A stretch of 64,000 nucleotides of DNA from an uncultured bacterium (lineage in GTDB: Bacteria; Patescibacteriota; Saccharimonadia; Saccharimonadales; 2-12-FULL-41-12), in contig CAWIAU010000002.1 in NCBI GenBank assembly GCA_963834265.1, positions 75,929 to 139,928 of the forward strand. The letters are read 5' to 3'. Made by a program: the position numbers and the translations under genes. The notes beneath the pieces are model-generated. The model worked only from the letters and a program-made list of their open reading frames with translations. It did not search any database and was not told where the DNA came from. Shown piece after piece: positions 54,910 to 64,000 of the stretch (position 1 is the first letter of the stretch; every line of letters starts with the position of its first letter).

Positions 54910-56882
54910 ATGCTCGGACGATTAGATATTGACGCGCTGCCGGCTGATCCGGTAACCATCGGTGGTGTACTGGGAATGATATTTACCAGTTTGGCTCTGG
55001 TTGGATATATAACCTATAAAAAGCGCTGGACATGGCTATGGAAAGAATGGCTTACTTCCCTAGATCCTAAGAGGATTGGAGTTATGTATATTGTTATTGC
55101 TGCTGTTATGTTGCTGCGAGGTGTTGGTGACGCCGCATTGCTAAGGCTTCAAACTGCATTATCGGTTGGTGACTCAAATGGCGTTTTGAATACAGACACC
55201 TTTCAGCAGATCTTTTCTGCACACGGCACAATAATGATTTTTTTTGTAGCTATGGGGTTGATGTTCGGTCTCATTAATTTGATAGTACCGCTACAGATAG
55301 GTGCTCGCGATGTGGCTTTTCCCTTTATGAACTCAATTAGTTTCTGGCTATTTGCCGCTGGGTTCGTACTTATTAATCTGTCTTTATTCCTAGGTGAATT
55401 CTCAGCAGCAGGTTGGCTGGCATATCCGCCTCTTTCCGGACTGGAATACAGCCCGGGGGTTGGCGTAGATTACTGGATCTGGGCGCTCCAGATCGCAGGT
55501 GTAGGTAGTTTGCTATCCGGTATTAATTTCTTTGTCACAATTCTGAAAATGCGTCGTCCGGGCATGACCTATATGAAAATGCCTATGTTCGTTCATAGTG
55601 TTCTGGGTAGTATGATCCTGGTTATTTTTGCCTTCCCTATCCTGACTGCTACCTTGGGAATGTTATCACTGGATCGTTTATTGGGTATGCACTTCTTTAC
55701 ATCTGATTTCGGTGGTAATGCCATGATGTATATCAATCTGATTTGGGCATGGGGTCATCCTGAGGTCTATATTCTTATACTTCCGGCCTTCGGTATATTT
55801 TCAGAAATTGTAGCAACTTTTTCTAGCAAACGTTTATTTGGGTACAAATCAATGGTCGTAGCTCTTATGGCCATCACGGTACTTTCATTTTTGGTTTGGC
55901 TGCACCACTTCTTTACTATGGGTGCAGGAGCCAATGTTAATGCATTCTTCGGTATCATGACTGCTGTCATTGCGGTGCCTACGGGCGTTAAAGTCTTCAA
56001 CTGGCTATTTACAATGTACGGCGGCCGGATCCGCTTCGATTCTCCAATGCTATGGTTTCTGGGCTTTGTGGTGACATTTACGATCGGTGGAGTGGCCGGA
56101 GTATTGATGTCGGTACCAGCAATTGATTTTCAGGTGCATAACAGCTTGTTTTTGGTAGCACATTTTCACTCTATGATTATTGGCGGAGTAGTGTTCGGTT
56201 TTATTGCAGGGATTACTTACTGGTTTCCTAAATTCACCGGTTTTAAACTTAACGAGCGGCTAGGCAAGTACGCTTTTGGTTGCTGGCTTGGCGGTTTTTT
56301 ATTAGCATTTATCCCTCTATACATTCTCGGTCTTATGGGCGCCACGAGGCGCTTGGATCATTATGACGCAAGCCTTGGATGGCAAGGATTATTCATCGTG
56401 TCGGGCATAGGCGTAATGGTTATTATTGCCGGTATAAGCTTTCAGATTTTGCAGCTCATTGTTAGTATCAAGCAACGGCGCATAGATAGAGATATAACTG
56501 GTGATCCGTGGAATGGTCGGACGCTGGAGTGGTCTACGGCCTCGCCGGTACCGTTTTATAACTTTGCACACGAAACACCTGTCACTAAGCGCGATGAATG
56601 GTGGGAAATAAAACAGTCTAAAGTTTCTGCAACAGTAAAGCAAAATTATGAAGACATATGGCTTCCAAAGAACACTGCCATGGGAATATATATTGCGGCT
56701 TGCAGCTTCCTGTTCGGATTCGGTTTGATCTGGCATATGTGGTGGCTGGCTATCGTCGGTTTGCTGGTATTATTGTCTGTTTAATCATTCGTTCCATGGA
56801 AGAAGAAACAGAATATTGCATACCGGCAACCACGATTAAAAACCTGGAACTTGCACAAACGGCTAAGGTGAAGCACGTATGA
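54910..56882 (+). CDS. cyoB: Quinol oxidase subunit I (heme-copper oxidase), last ~35 codons displaced by a 1-nt frameshift near 56760
   Basis: Heme-copper oxidase subunit I motifs are present throughout ([24 protein letters not shown]). The annotated frame stops at 56784. The +1 frame continues ...WWLAIVG|[30 protein letters not shown], matching the E. coli CyoB C-terminal region, and ends in an ATGA overlap with cyoC at 56879-56882. Confidence 0.9.
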
Positions 56883-57457
56883 ACCGGCATACCATGACCA
56901 CACAGGATAAGACACTATTCGGATTCTGGGTCTATATCATGACAGACTGCATATTATTTGCCAGCTTATTCGCTACATATGCTGTACTACAGGGCAATAC
57001 ATTTGGCGGACCCGATGCTCAGGAACTATTCAGTATGCCATTTGTGCTCACCGAAACTCTGATACTGCTGACAAGCAGCTTTACGTGCGGTCTGGCAATA
57101 TTGGCTGTCCATAGTGGAATGAAAAATCAGGTGCTCACCTGGTTTGGCATAACATTTCTGCTTGGTCTGGCTTTCCTCGGACTGGAAATCAGTGAATTCT
57201 CACAACTGTATCGTGAAGGACACAGCTGGCAGGCCAGTGGCTTCCTGTCCGCATTCTTTACGCTTGTAGGAACACATGGACTGCATATTACTGCCGGTCT
57301 GATCTGGACAGTTGTATTGATGAGCTATGTTCTCAGACGCGGCCTGACCGACATCATCGTTAAACGGCTTGTGCTTCTCAGTATGTTCTGGCATTTTCTT
57401 GATATAGTCTGGATATTTATCTTTACAATCGTGTACCTGATGGGAGCTGTCGGATGA
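56879..57457 (+). CDS. cyoC: Quinol oxidase subunit III
   Basis: 192 aa with five TM helices and CyoC-like motifs (FGFWVYIMTDCILFASLFATY, GTHGLHITAG, FWHFLDIVWIFIFT). Confidence 0.85.
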   Translation: MNRHTMTTQDKTLFGFWVYIMTDCILFASLFATYAVLQGNTFGGPDAQELFSMPFVLTETLILLTSSFTCGLAILAVHSGMKNQVLTWFGITFLLGLAFLGLEISEFSQLYREGHSWQASGFLSAFFTLVGTHGLHITAGLIWTVVLMSYVLRRGLTDIIVKRLVLLSMFWHFLDIVWIFIFTIVYLMGAVG

Positions 57458-57822
57458 ACCGGATTAAACAAAGAGCTACTTTGGCATCTTATATAACCGG
57501 CTTTGTTTTCTCTATTATTCTCACACTGGGAGCTTATGTTTTAGTCGTGAATGAGACGTTCAGTAAAAGTACACTGATAGCTATTATTTCGGTGTTGGCT
57601 ATAATCCAGCTATTAGTACAGCTGGTCTTTTTTCTGCATCTGAGCGATGAATCAAAGCCCCGGTGGAATTTGCAAGTTCTGTTGTTTGCCGTATTGGTTG
57701 TAGTGATCGTTGTTTTCGGCAGCCTATGGATTATGAATCATTTGAGCTACAACCATATAATGTCCCCTGCAGACACGAATACCTATATTGAGCACGAAGA
57801 ATTAATCCGAAAAGCAAAATGA
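57454..57822 (+). CDS. cyoD: Quinol oxidase subunit IV
   Basis: 122 aa with three TM helices. It has 4-nt overlaps on both sides within the cyo operon. Confidence 0.8.
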   Translation: MNRIKQRATLASYITGFVFSIILTLGAYVLVVNETFSKSTLIAIISVLAIIQLLVQLVFFLHLSDESKPRWNLQVLLFAVLVVVIVVFGSLWIMNHLSYNHIMSPADTNTYIEHEELIRKAK

Positions 57823-58955
57823 TCAGGCAGTACTACCGACTTACGAAACCAGGTATTATCTACGGCAATTTATTGACAGCCTCAGGAGGATTTTTACTGG
57901 CCTCAGGAGGACATATTGACTGGTTATTATTTCTTGCTGTTCTATCCGGTACGGCGCTGGTCATTGGTTCCGGCTGTGTGATCAATAACTATATCGATCG
58001 CGACATAGACCGCAAAATGGCACGTACCAGGAAGCGTGCTCTTGTTTCGGGCCTGATCCCGGGACGCAATGCCATTATTTTCGGATCACTTTTAGGTATA
58101 TCGGGCATGCTGATTTTATTATGGACCAATTTTTTTGTTGTGGGCATAGGGTTGAGTGCCTGGATTTTCTACGTTGTTCTCTACGGCATCGCTAAGCGTC
58201 ATTCGGTTCATGGAACTTTGGTAGGTACAGTGCCGGGTGCTGCTGCTCCCGTTGCCGGTTACGTAGCTGTAACGAATCATTTTGATTTAGGGGCACTATT
58301 ACTATTTTTGATTATGGTGTTCTGGCAGATGTCTCATTTCTATGCGATTGCTATATACAGGTTAAGAGATTATACGGCCGCTGGACTGCCAGTAAGGCCA
58401 GTGATACACGGAATGCCTAATACTAAGACACAGATACGCGTCTACGCCACTGCTTTCATCGTGGCTATTCTTTTGCTGGGACTTTTTGGCTACACCGGGC
58501 CGGCTTTTATGATAGTAATGTCCGTGATGGGTCTCCGGTGGCTTTGGCTGAGTATTAAAGGGCCTGATAAGGAAGCAGATGATTCTGTCTGGGGACGTAA
58601 AATGTTCCTGTTCTCATTAGTAGTAATTACATCATTTAGCATAATGCTTTCACTCGATGCATGGTTGGCCACTGAAATAATATATAGTTTAGGTATGCTC
58701 GTGATTATTCACGTAGTAGCCGCGTTTGCAAGTCTTGCTTATACAACCTATATGTTTATCAATCCCGTAAGAACCAGATCTTCTATTGCATACGGTTTGG
58801 CCATTATTACTTTGGCGACTGGTACCTATTTGGTATGGAGTACAGGAACTCATCTTCTACAGGCTTGCGCAACCGGTCTCTTATATGCGGCAATCGTCAT
58901 TTTCGGCATTATCGCTACCGGCAAAAAGTTAGATAGCCTCAACTCTATCTCCTGA
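57819..58955 (+). CDS. cyoE: Protoheme IX farnesyltransferase (heme O synthase) with ~85-aa C-terminal TM extension
   Basis: Shows UbiA-family motifs (NNYIDRDIDRKMARTRKR, second Asp-rich region). Its 378 aa compare with ~300 typical, and the extra tail carries about three additional TM helices. Confidence 0.85.
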   Translation: MIRQYYRLTKPGIIYGNLLTASGGFLLASGGHIDWLLFLAVLSGTALVIGSGCVINNYIDRDIDRKMARTRKRALVSGLIPGRNAIIFGSLLGISGMLILLWTNFFVVGIGLSAWIFYVVLYGIAKRHSVHGTLVGTVPGAAAPVAGYVAVTNHFDLGALLLFLIMVFWQMSHFYAIAIYRLRDYTAAGLPVRPVIHGMPNTKTQIRVYATAFIVAILLLGLFGYTGPAFMIVMSVMGLRWLWLSIKGPDKEADDSVWGRKMFLFSLVVITSFSIMLSLDAWLATEIIYSLGMLVIIHVVAAFASLAYTTYMFINPVRTRSSIAYGLAIITLATGTYLVWSTGTHLLQACATGLLYAAIVIFGIIATGKKLDSLNSIS

Positions 58956-59124
58956 TAATTAAATCTAGCCTTCTTATGCAAAAATTATTAAATACTAGGT
59001 AATAATCTAAAATATTTAAAAAATCTTTTTTCAGCTAAAAGGTTCAGAGGACAAGGTGATGAAGTATAGAACTTTTTATGATATTCCACGGGAAAACCAT
59101 GTTTTTTGATTAGAATATCTATAA

Positions 59125-59367
59125 CTACAACTTATTTATCTTCTCCTGTCGTTCTTTAGCTTTGTTCATAATTTTTTTGAACTCTGTTTTAATCTTGTCA
59201 ATATAAGGTCGTGTCCACTCAAATTCCAGGGATAGGATTAATAATGCGACAAAACAGACCAGTAACCCAGGTCCTGGCAGAGGTATTAAAATTATTCCTA
59301 TTATTAGTAGCGGGAAACCAATTGCTCCAATAACTATTTTGCGTAATATTTTCGTAGAGTTGTGCAT
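59125..59367 (-). CDS. PGPGW-motif small membrane protein
   Basis: 80 aa with two TM helices carrying LIPLPGPGLLV, followed by a basic C-terminal helix. Confidence 0.6.
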   Translation of the reverse strand: MHNSTKILRKIVIGAIGFPLLIIGIILIPLPGPGLLVCFVALLILSLEFEWTRPYIDKIKTEFKKIMNKAKERQEKINKL

Positions 59368-59474
59368 ACTCTTCTATTCTACGCTAAATGTTCGCAAAAA
59401 TTATCGGTCAACTTGGATATAAAAGAGTTTATGGTTATTATTATTGTATGCCTGATATAAATGGAGAAGTCATT

Positions 59475-59897
59475 ATGTCGAATGACCCAACGGTGATTGA
59501 TCGTGTGTTGGATCCGGAAACAATTGCTGGCATGGCAAAACTTGACGCACTTGGACTTGGTCATCTGGGCGATGTGCAAGTTTCCTTCGGTGGAGTATGC
59601 ACTGGAGGACTCGCTCAGATGTTTGGCAAAGCTAAGCACGAGGAATATACCGCAAAGATGCTCGGTATGGCGGAAAAAGCATTACAATATGGCCACGGAG
59701 AAGAAGGAGCCGAAAAAGCCTTATTAGCACCAATTGCTTTTTTTATAGAAAGGGACGAAAATACCGGTGGCTATACTAGAATTAATTCCGCGGGGATGGT
59801 AGCGACTCCAGAAAACCAAATAGCCAATGCTTTTACAAAAGATGCGCCTGAACGAACAGCGGAATCCGTTGTGCCTAAAAAAAAAGCGACAATATAG
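59475..59897 (+). CDS. Hypothetical soluble protein (140 aa)
   Basis: GGAGAAG lies 5-6 nt upstream of the ATG at 59475, so the longer ORF-track start at 59388 is unlikely. No family recognised. Confidence 0.5.
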   Translation: MSNDPTVIDRVLDPETIAGMAKLDALGLGHLGDVQVSFGGVCTGGLAQMFGKAKHEEYTAKMLGMAEKALQYGHGEEGAEKALLAPIAFFIERDENTGGYTRINSAGMVATPENQIANAFTKDAPERTAESVVPKKKATI

Positions 59898-60019
59898 TCG
59901 ACACCTCAGATAGGAACCAGATCGTAGAAAAACCTGTCAACAAAATATCTGATATCGGGACTGCTAATATACATAAACTAACGATTGATCATTTAACAGC
60001 TGAAATCCATAATAAATCT

Positions 60020-61189
60020 TTGATAGAAAAATCGGCTAAAAATGAAGTATCTACATTAGCAAAACAACAGAAAGATGTTTCATCGCATCATTCGACAAAT
60101 ATGTTAGTCGAAAATGCTCCAAATAGAACGGAGGTAATCGTTCAGGGGTCACTACAAGCCGAATTTGAAGCACAACGCATACAGAAAGCGGACTTTTTAC
60201 AATCCGGTGGGCAAAACATTCTTACTGATACCGAAAGTCAGATAAGGCACTCATCCATACTTGTAAACAACTCTGATGTCGCACAAGAGTATACCTTGCC
60301 GTCGGAAACATTAATTCCGGATAGCAATCAAAATCATTTAGATACTTTATACCTGCACCTAGGCTTTACAACGGATAAAATGAATCCGGTTGCCAGTAGC
60401 ACCGGTTCTAAAACAACGGGAAAAAACACAGATTCAACGCCACAATTCGCCAATACTTTACCAAAGACCGTACCTACATATTTAAATAATCTAGAGGTAA
60501 ATTCCGATGATCAAGTAATTGAGACCTTTGGAGAACTCATTGCATTAATAAATTACAGTGAGACAGGAGTAAATTCACCTACGTATGAGAACTTTGATTT
60601 TTCTGTTGAAGAGCCTGCTAATCAATTAATTATCATCGGGTTTGGACATGATATGGCAAAACGGGTAAATTCTTTCGAAGAAATGGTCCGAAAACACCCG
60701 CCACGAGAATTAGGTATAAATATTGATAGCATTCGAGCTTCTGCGAACGAACAACCGCTGGAAGAAACATTCGTACAACTAGCCTCTATACTGCCCGAAA
60801 ACAGCAAACAAATTGAGGAGATAAAGACAGCACTGGCAGAGCTTTCAGAAATATTATTTAAGGTAGATGACGAGACAGATTCAGAATCGATGCTCCTGTC
60901 CACGGAATCCATTAGCAAAATACTTGCCCTTATTAATACGCTCGGATATGACAATCCAAAGCAGGCACTACTGAAGCTTGTGTCCGGACACGATCTGCCA
61001 TTCCTAGCGCAAAACATGAAGTATTTGACGCAGGCTGCGAGCAGGATTGAAAAGCACGAGATACTATCTGATCCACAAGATAATTCTCTACTGGCGATTT
61101 TTCATAAATCTATTTACATCTACGTAGGCAGGGTAGTTTTGGCAGAAGTTAAATCAAAGATGTTTGCAACACAACTTGTAGCAGCCTAA
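60020..61189 (+). CDS. Hypothetical soluble protein (389 aa), TTG start
   Basis: Long ORF with coding-like composition, no TM helix or signal peptide, and no recognisable motifs. Confidence 0.5.
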   Translation: MIEKSAKNEVSTLAKQQKDVSSHHSTNMLVENAPNRTEVIVQGSLQAEFEAQRIQKADFLQSGGQNILTDTESQIRHSSILVNNSDVAQEYTLPSETLIPDSNQNHLDTLYLHLGFTTDKMNPVASSTGSKTTGKNTDSTPQFANTLPKTVPTYLNNLEVNSDDQVIETFGELIALINYSETGVNSPTYENFDFSVEEPANQLIIIGFGHDMAKRVNSFEEMVRKHPPRELGINIDSIRASANEQPLEETFVQLASILPENSKQIEEIKTALAELSEILFKVDDETDSESMLLSTESISKILALINTLGYDNPKQALLKLVSGHDLPFLAQNMKYLTQAASRIEKHEILSDPQDNSLLAIFHKSIYIYVGRVVLAEVKSKMFATQLVAA

Positions 61190-61470
61190 TCTGCGGCCAC
61201 GCGCACATAGATAGCACAGAAGAGCACAATAAAGCCTAATGTGCGGCGAAAATAGCTGATACCGCTAACAACCTCCAGGCTGGCCCAAATAATCAGACAT
61301 CCAAAAGCCAGAAATTCTATCAGTGTTTCGGCATCCCCTCCAGGTATAAGCTTGGCAATCAATGTCAGTACTGCCCAACCAATCAGCGTTGCACTGGCCG
61401 GCTGAATTATCCCTTGCTTACCATGCTTATCTTTCCAGAATTTATTCCAAAAAGTCAGTTTTTTACCCAT
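61186..61470 (-). CDS. Small three-TM membrane protein
   Basis: 94-aa ORF with hydrophobic segments. It converges on the previous gene with a 4-nt overlap. Confidence 0.5.
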   Translation of the reverse strand: MGKKLTFWNKFWKDKHGKQGIIQPASATLIGWAVLTLIAKLIPGGDAETLIEFLAFGCLIIWASLEVVSGISYFRRTLGFIVLFCAIYVRVAAD

Positions 61471-61533
61471 AAACTTCGCACATTACCTTTGCTTTTAAGA
61501 TATAATACTAACACAAAAGGAGAATAAGCACTT

Positions 61534-62133
61534 ATGTTTACATTGCCGGAATTACTTTATGACTATAGCTCTCTGGAGCCTTATATAGATACTCAGACCA
61601 TGGAGCTTCATCATTCCAAACACCATAAGACGTATGTTGATAAACTGAATTCTGCTATCGATGGCACAGAATGGGCTGAGAAAAGTATTGAAAAAATTCT
61701 ACAGAGTCTGAATCAATTGCCTGCAGATATTCAGACAGCTGTCCGCAATAATGGGGGCGGCCATTACAATCACAGTATGTTCTGGGAAATCATGAGTCCG
61801 GATGGTGGTGGCGAACCCTCAGGAGAATTAGCCGTTAAAATCAATCAGACATTCGGTAATTTCAATGATTTCAAATCCAGAATCAGCGATGCTGCAATAG
61901 CCCGCTTTGGCTCCGGCTGGGTTTGGCTGGTTAGCTCTAACAACGAACTGGAGATAGTCTCAACCCCCAATCAGGACTGTCCGTTAAGTAGTGGCAAGAC
62001 TCCGGTGCTCGGGCTGGATGTCTGGGAGCATGCTTATTATCTCAAATATCAGAATCGTCGCCCCGAATACATAGAAGCCTGGTGGAACGTGGTTAACTGG
62101 TCAGAAATCTCCCGTCGTTTCGGGCAGACGTAA
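61534..62133 (+). CDS. sodA: Fe/Mn superoxide dismutase
   Basis: Shows [22 protein letters not shown] and a [10 protein letters not shown]-terminal signature. A GGAG Shine-Dalgarno sequence lies upstream. Confidence 0.9.
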   Translation: MFTLPELLYDYSSLEPYIDTQTMELHHSKHHKTYVDKLNSAIDGTEWAEKSIEKILQSLNQLPADIQTAVRNNGGGHYNHSMFWEIMSPDGGGEPSGELAVKINQTFGNFNDFKSRISDAAIARFGSGWVWLVSSNNELEIVSTPNQDCPLSSGKTPVLGLDVWEHAYYLKYQNRRPEYIEAWWNVVNWSEISRRFGQT

Positions 62134-62167
62134 ACAACCTTTGATCAACTGATATACTGAAGTTATA

Positions 62168-62866
62168 ATGACTTTTTATAAGATCAGTTCTCCTGAACCC
62201 GTAGCACGGATTATTGCCGACAAGCTACTTGCGCAGTTAAATGCAGGTAAAATAGTCTTCTGGCTGGTTACCGGTGGTTCAGCAATCACTATAGAATCTG
62301 AGACGAGCGCACTTCTGCAAAAAGTTGATTTAAGCAACTTAACAGTGGCTTTGATGGATGAGCGCTTTGGTCCGGTTGGTCACCCTGACTCCAATTGGAA
62401 GCAGCTTATACAAGCTGGGTTTGACTTGCCGGGTGCAGAAATGATTCCGATTTTACAAGGAGAGGATCGGGAAATCAGTACTAAGAAGTTTGCGGATGTT
62501 CTTACCGCTAATTTTATGTTATCCGATTACTCGCTCGGCCAGTTCGGGATGGGCCCTGATGGCCATACAGCAGGCATCTTGCCTGATAGCCCGTATATCA
62601 AAACCGATGAACTGGCAATCAGTTATGCCGATAGTGAAGCAACAAAGCAGCTCACGCCCGGGGTTTACCGTGACAAAGACCGTATTACTATGACGGTGAC
62701 GGCAATTGCCAGACTTGACGAGGCTATAGTGACTGCATTTGGCAAAGATCCGGAACTTTTTGATAGACTAGAGCATAAGATACCTATTGAAAAAATGCCT
62801 GCTCAGGCGCTTAAGCTGGTTAAAAATGTAAATATATATAATGACCAGAAAGGGATTCAGATATGA
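62168..62866 (+). CDS. pgl: 6-phosphogluconolactonase
   Basis: Shows LVTGGS, LMDERFGPVGHPDSNW and GMGPDGHTAGILP motifs. Confidence 0.8.
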   Translation: MTFYKISSPEPVARIIADKLLAQLNAGKIVFWLVTGGSAITIESETSALLQKVDLSNLTVALMDERFGPVGHPDSNWKQLIQAGFDLPGAEMIPILQGEDREISTKKFADVLTANFMLSDYSLGQFGMGPDGHTAGILPDSPYIKTDELAISYADSEATKQLTPGVYRDKDRITMTVTAIARLDEAIVTAFGKDPELFDRLEHKIPIEKMPAQALKLVKNVNIYNDQKGIQI

Positions 62867-63795
62867 AAATCGGCTTTATAGGACTAGGCAAAATGGGTGG
62901 ACGCATGAGCGAAAAACTTCTTAACGACAGGCACGAAATTGTTGGCCTGGATCTATCAGCAGAGGCGTGTAATCAGCTGCGGGCAAAGTTCCCTGATACT
63001 AATTCCCTTTCGTTTGTAGATGATATCGCTGAGTTCGTGTCTGCCCTCCCTGTGCCCCGCGTTATTTACATCATGCTGCCCGCCGGAGAAATCACACACA
63101 CCACTTTGGCTCAAATATCAGAGCTTGTTAAGCCGGGTGACATAGTTATCGACGGCGGCAACTCACACTACGAAGACACAGACCGCCAGTACAATGAGTT
63201 TGCCTCCAAAAAAGTAAGATTCCTTGGCATTGGTATTAGCGGAGGTATAGTAGCTGTCGAACAGGGTTATCCCATGATGGCAGGCGGTGACCATAGTGCC
63301 TACCAACATGTTAAACCCATTCTGGATAGTCTTGCCCGCCCGCACGGTGGTCATGAATATTTTGGTTCGGGTGGTGCCGGCCATTATGTCAAAATGGTTC
63401 ATAACGGAATCGAATACCCTATCATGCAGGCTCTTGGCGAAGGCTTCGGTGTTCTGGCTAATTCTCCTTACGATTTGGATCTGGTAAAAGTTGCCCGGCT
63501 TTATCAGAAGGGCACGCTCGTGTCCGGGTTCATGATGGACCGTGCTCTGGAAGCTCTGGAAGATGACCCGAAGCTGGATCAGATTGCAGGAGTTATCGGC
63601 TCCGCCTCCGGAGAGGCAGCCTGGACCGCGGATGAAGCCCGAAAGCATAATTTGCCGGCAGAATCGATAGAACAGTCCCTGGACTTTCGTAAGCGTTCAG
63701 AAACAGATCCATACGTTCAGAATTCTTTTGCAGCCCGCATGGTCGGTGCTCTGAGAATTAAGTTCGGCGGACACCCCGTCAAACGCAAATCCTGA
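62863..63795 (+). CDS. gnd: 6-phosphogluconate dehydrogenase, short (decarboxylating-like, YqeC/Gnd-like) form
   Basis: Shows MKIGFIGLGKMGGRM (Rossmann), GGNSHYEDT, GISGG and GAGHYVKMVHNGIEY motifs. Confidence 0.85.
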   Translation: MKIGFIGLGKMGGRMSEKLLNDRHEIVGLDLSAEACNQLRAKFPDTNSLSFVDDIAEFVSALPVPRVIYIMLPAGEITHTTLAQISELVKPGDIVIDGGNSHYEDTDRQYNEFASKKVRFLGIGISGGIVAVEQGYPMMAGGDHSAYQHVKPILDSLARPHGGHEYFGSGGAGHYVKMVHNGIEYPIMQALGEGFGVLANSPYDLDLVKVARLYQKGTLVSGFMMDRALEALEDDPKLDQIAGVIGSASGEAAWTADEARKHNLPAESIEQSLDFRKRSETDPYVQNSFAARMVGALRIKFGGHPVKRKS

Positions 63796-63834
63796 CCCGG
63801 CTGCGTTCACAAATCATGTTAGTATAGATGAAAC

Positions 63835-64000
63835 ATGAAACGCGCGGAGACACTTCTCAAACCACAGCCAGGTGTTCTCGTTATTGCCGGAGTTACCGGA
63901 GACCTGTCCCAACGTTATTTTCTCCCTGCTCTCTATGATCTGCTTGCCGCGGATGTCTTGCCGGATCCTTTCAGAATTGTGGGGCTTAGCCGGCGCAAAA
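63835..64000 (+). CDS. zwf: Glucose-6-phosphate dehydrogenase, N-terminal part (continues beyond window)
   Basis: The segment VLVIAGVTGDLSQRYFLPALYDL is the Zwf NADP-binding N-terminus. Confidence 0.8.
   Translation, partial: MKRAETLLKPQPGVLVIAGVTGDLSQRYFLPALYDLLAADVLPDPFRIVGLSRRK

Noticed and set aside
54910-56882. Programmed ribosomal frameshift in cyoB
   Set aside because: There is no slippery heptamer or downstream structure. A simple 1-nt difference in a short T-run explains it, so it is treated as an indel (real or artefactual).
1-64000. Alternative genetic code (UGA recoded, as in some CPR lineages)
   Set aside because: Conserved genes translate full-length with the standard code. 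Several also end at, or overlap through, TGA (for example the ATGA overlaps in the cyo operon). No conserved protein requires read-through of an in-frame TGA.

Overview
The window reads as a small-genome, Gram-positive-type bacterium. Gene content suggests a Saccharibacteria/CPR-like lineage: sortase plus an LPXTG protein, a CarS-like lipid gene, a cyo quinol oxidase, and a pgl-gnd-zwf block. This lineage call is inference only.

The backbone is ordinary and mostly intact:
- Housekeeping genes: rmuC, typA, corA, rarA, fused otsA-otsB, and metK with a SAM-I-like leader.
- Transport and general functions: several ABC transporters, an ABC-F ATPase and a GH10 xylanase.
- Stress and metal handling: a VIT1 transporter, ccdA-trx-msrA-msrB, and sodA.
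- Energy metabolism: ndh, cyoABCDE, and pgl-gnd-zwf.

Seven regions stand out:
1. 13.39-14.80 kb: two ~245-nt structured elements in inverted orientation with compensatory base changes. They bracket a probably leaderless ORF that starts with a C8 tract. I cannot place these elements in any RNA or IS family.
2. 19.4-25.2 kb: a convergent two-operon surface locus. It holds three paralogous secreted proteins built from an Asn/Gly/Ser-rich 'TGP(G/N)SNN ... SGNT..G.A.SGNA' module, plus a sortase, an LPNTG substrate and a GT2 glycosyltransferase.
3. 25.8-34.1 kb: a decayed island beside tRNA-Gln. It carries a large serine recombinase, type I R-M hsdR/hsdM, an S24 repressor fragment, a CBASS-like CD-NTase plus 2TM effector, and a multi-zinc-ribbon gene. 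All are frameshifted or truncated.
4. 38.5-42.2 kb: an ABC exporter followed by a signal-peptide-less repetitive protein that is split at a C6 tract.
5. 3.8-6.8 kb: a lipid-salvage-like cluster containing a clear CDP-archaeol-synthase (CarS) homolog.
6. Structured leaders at 25.25-25.44 kb and 47.47-47.63 kb.
7. Isolated single-nucleotide frameshifts in cyoB and in a GlcD-like FAD oxidoreductase.

No rRNA, CRISPR array or intact transposase was seen.
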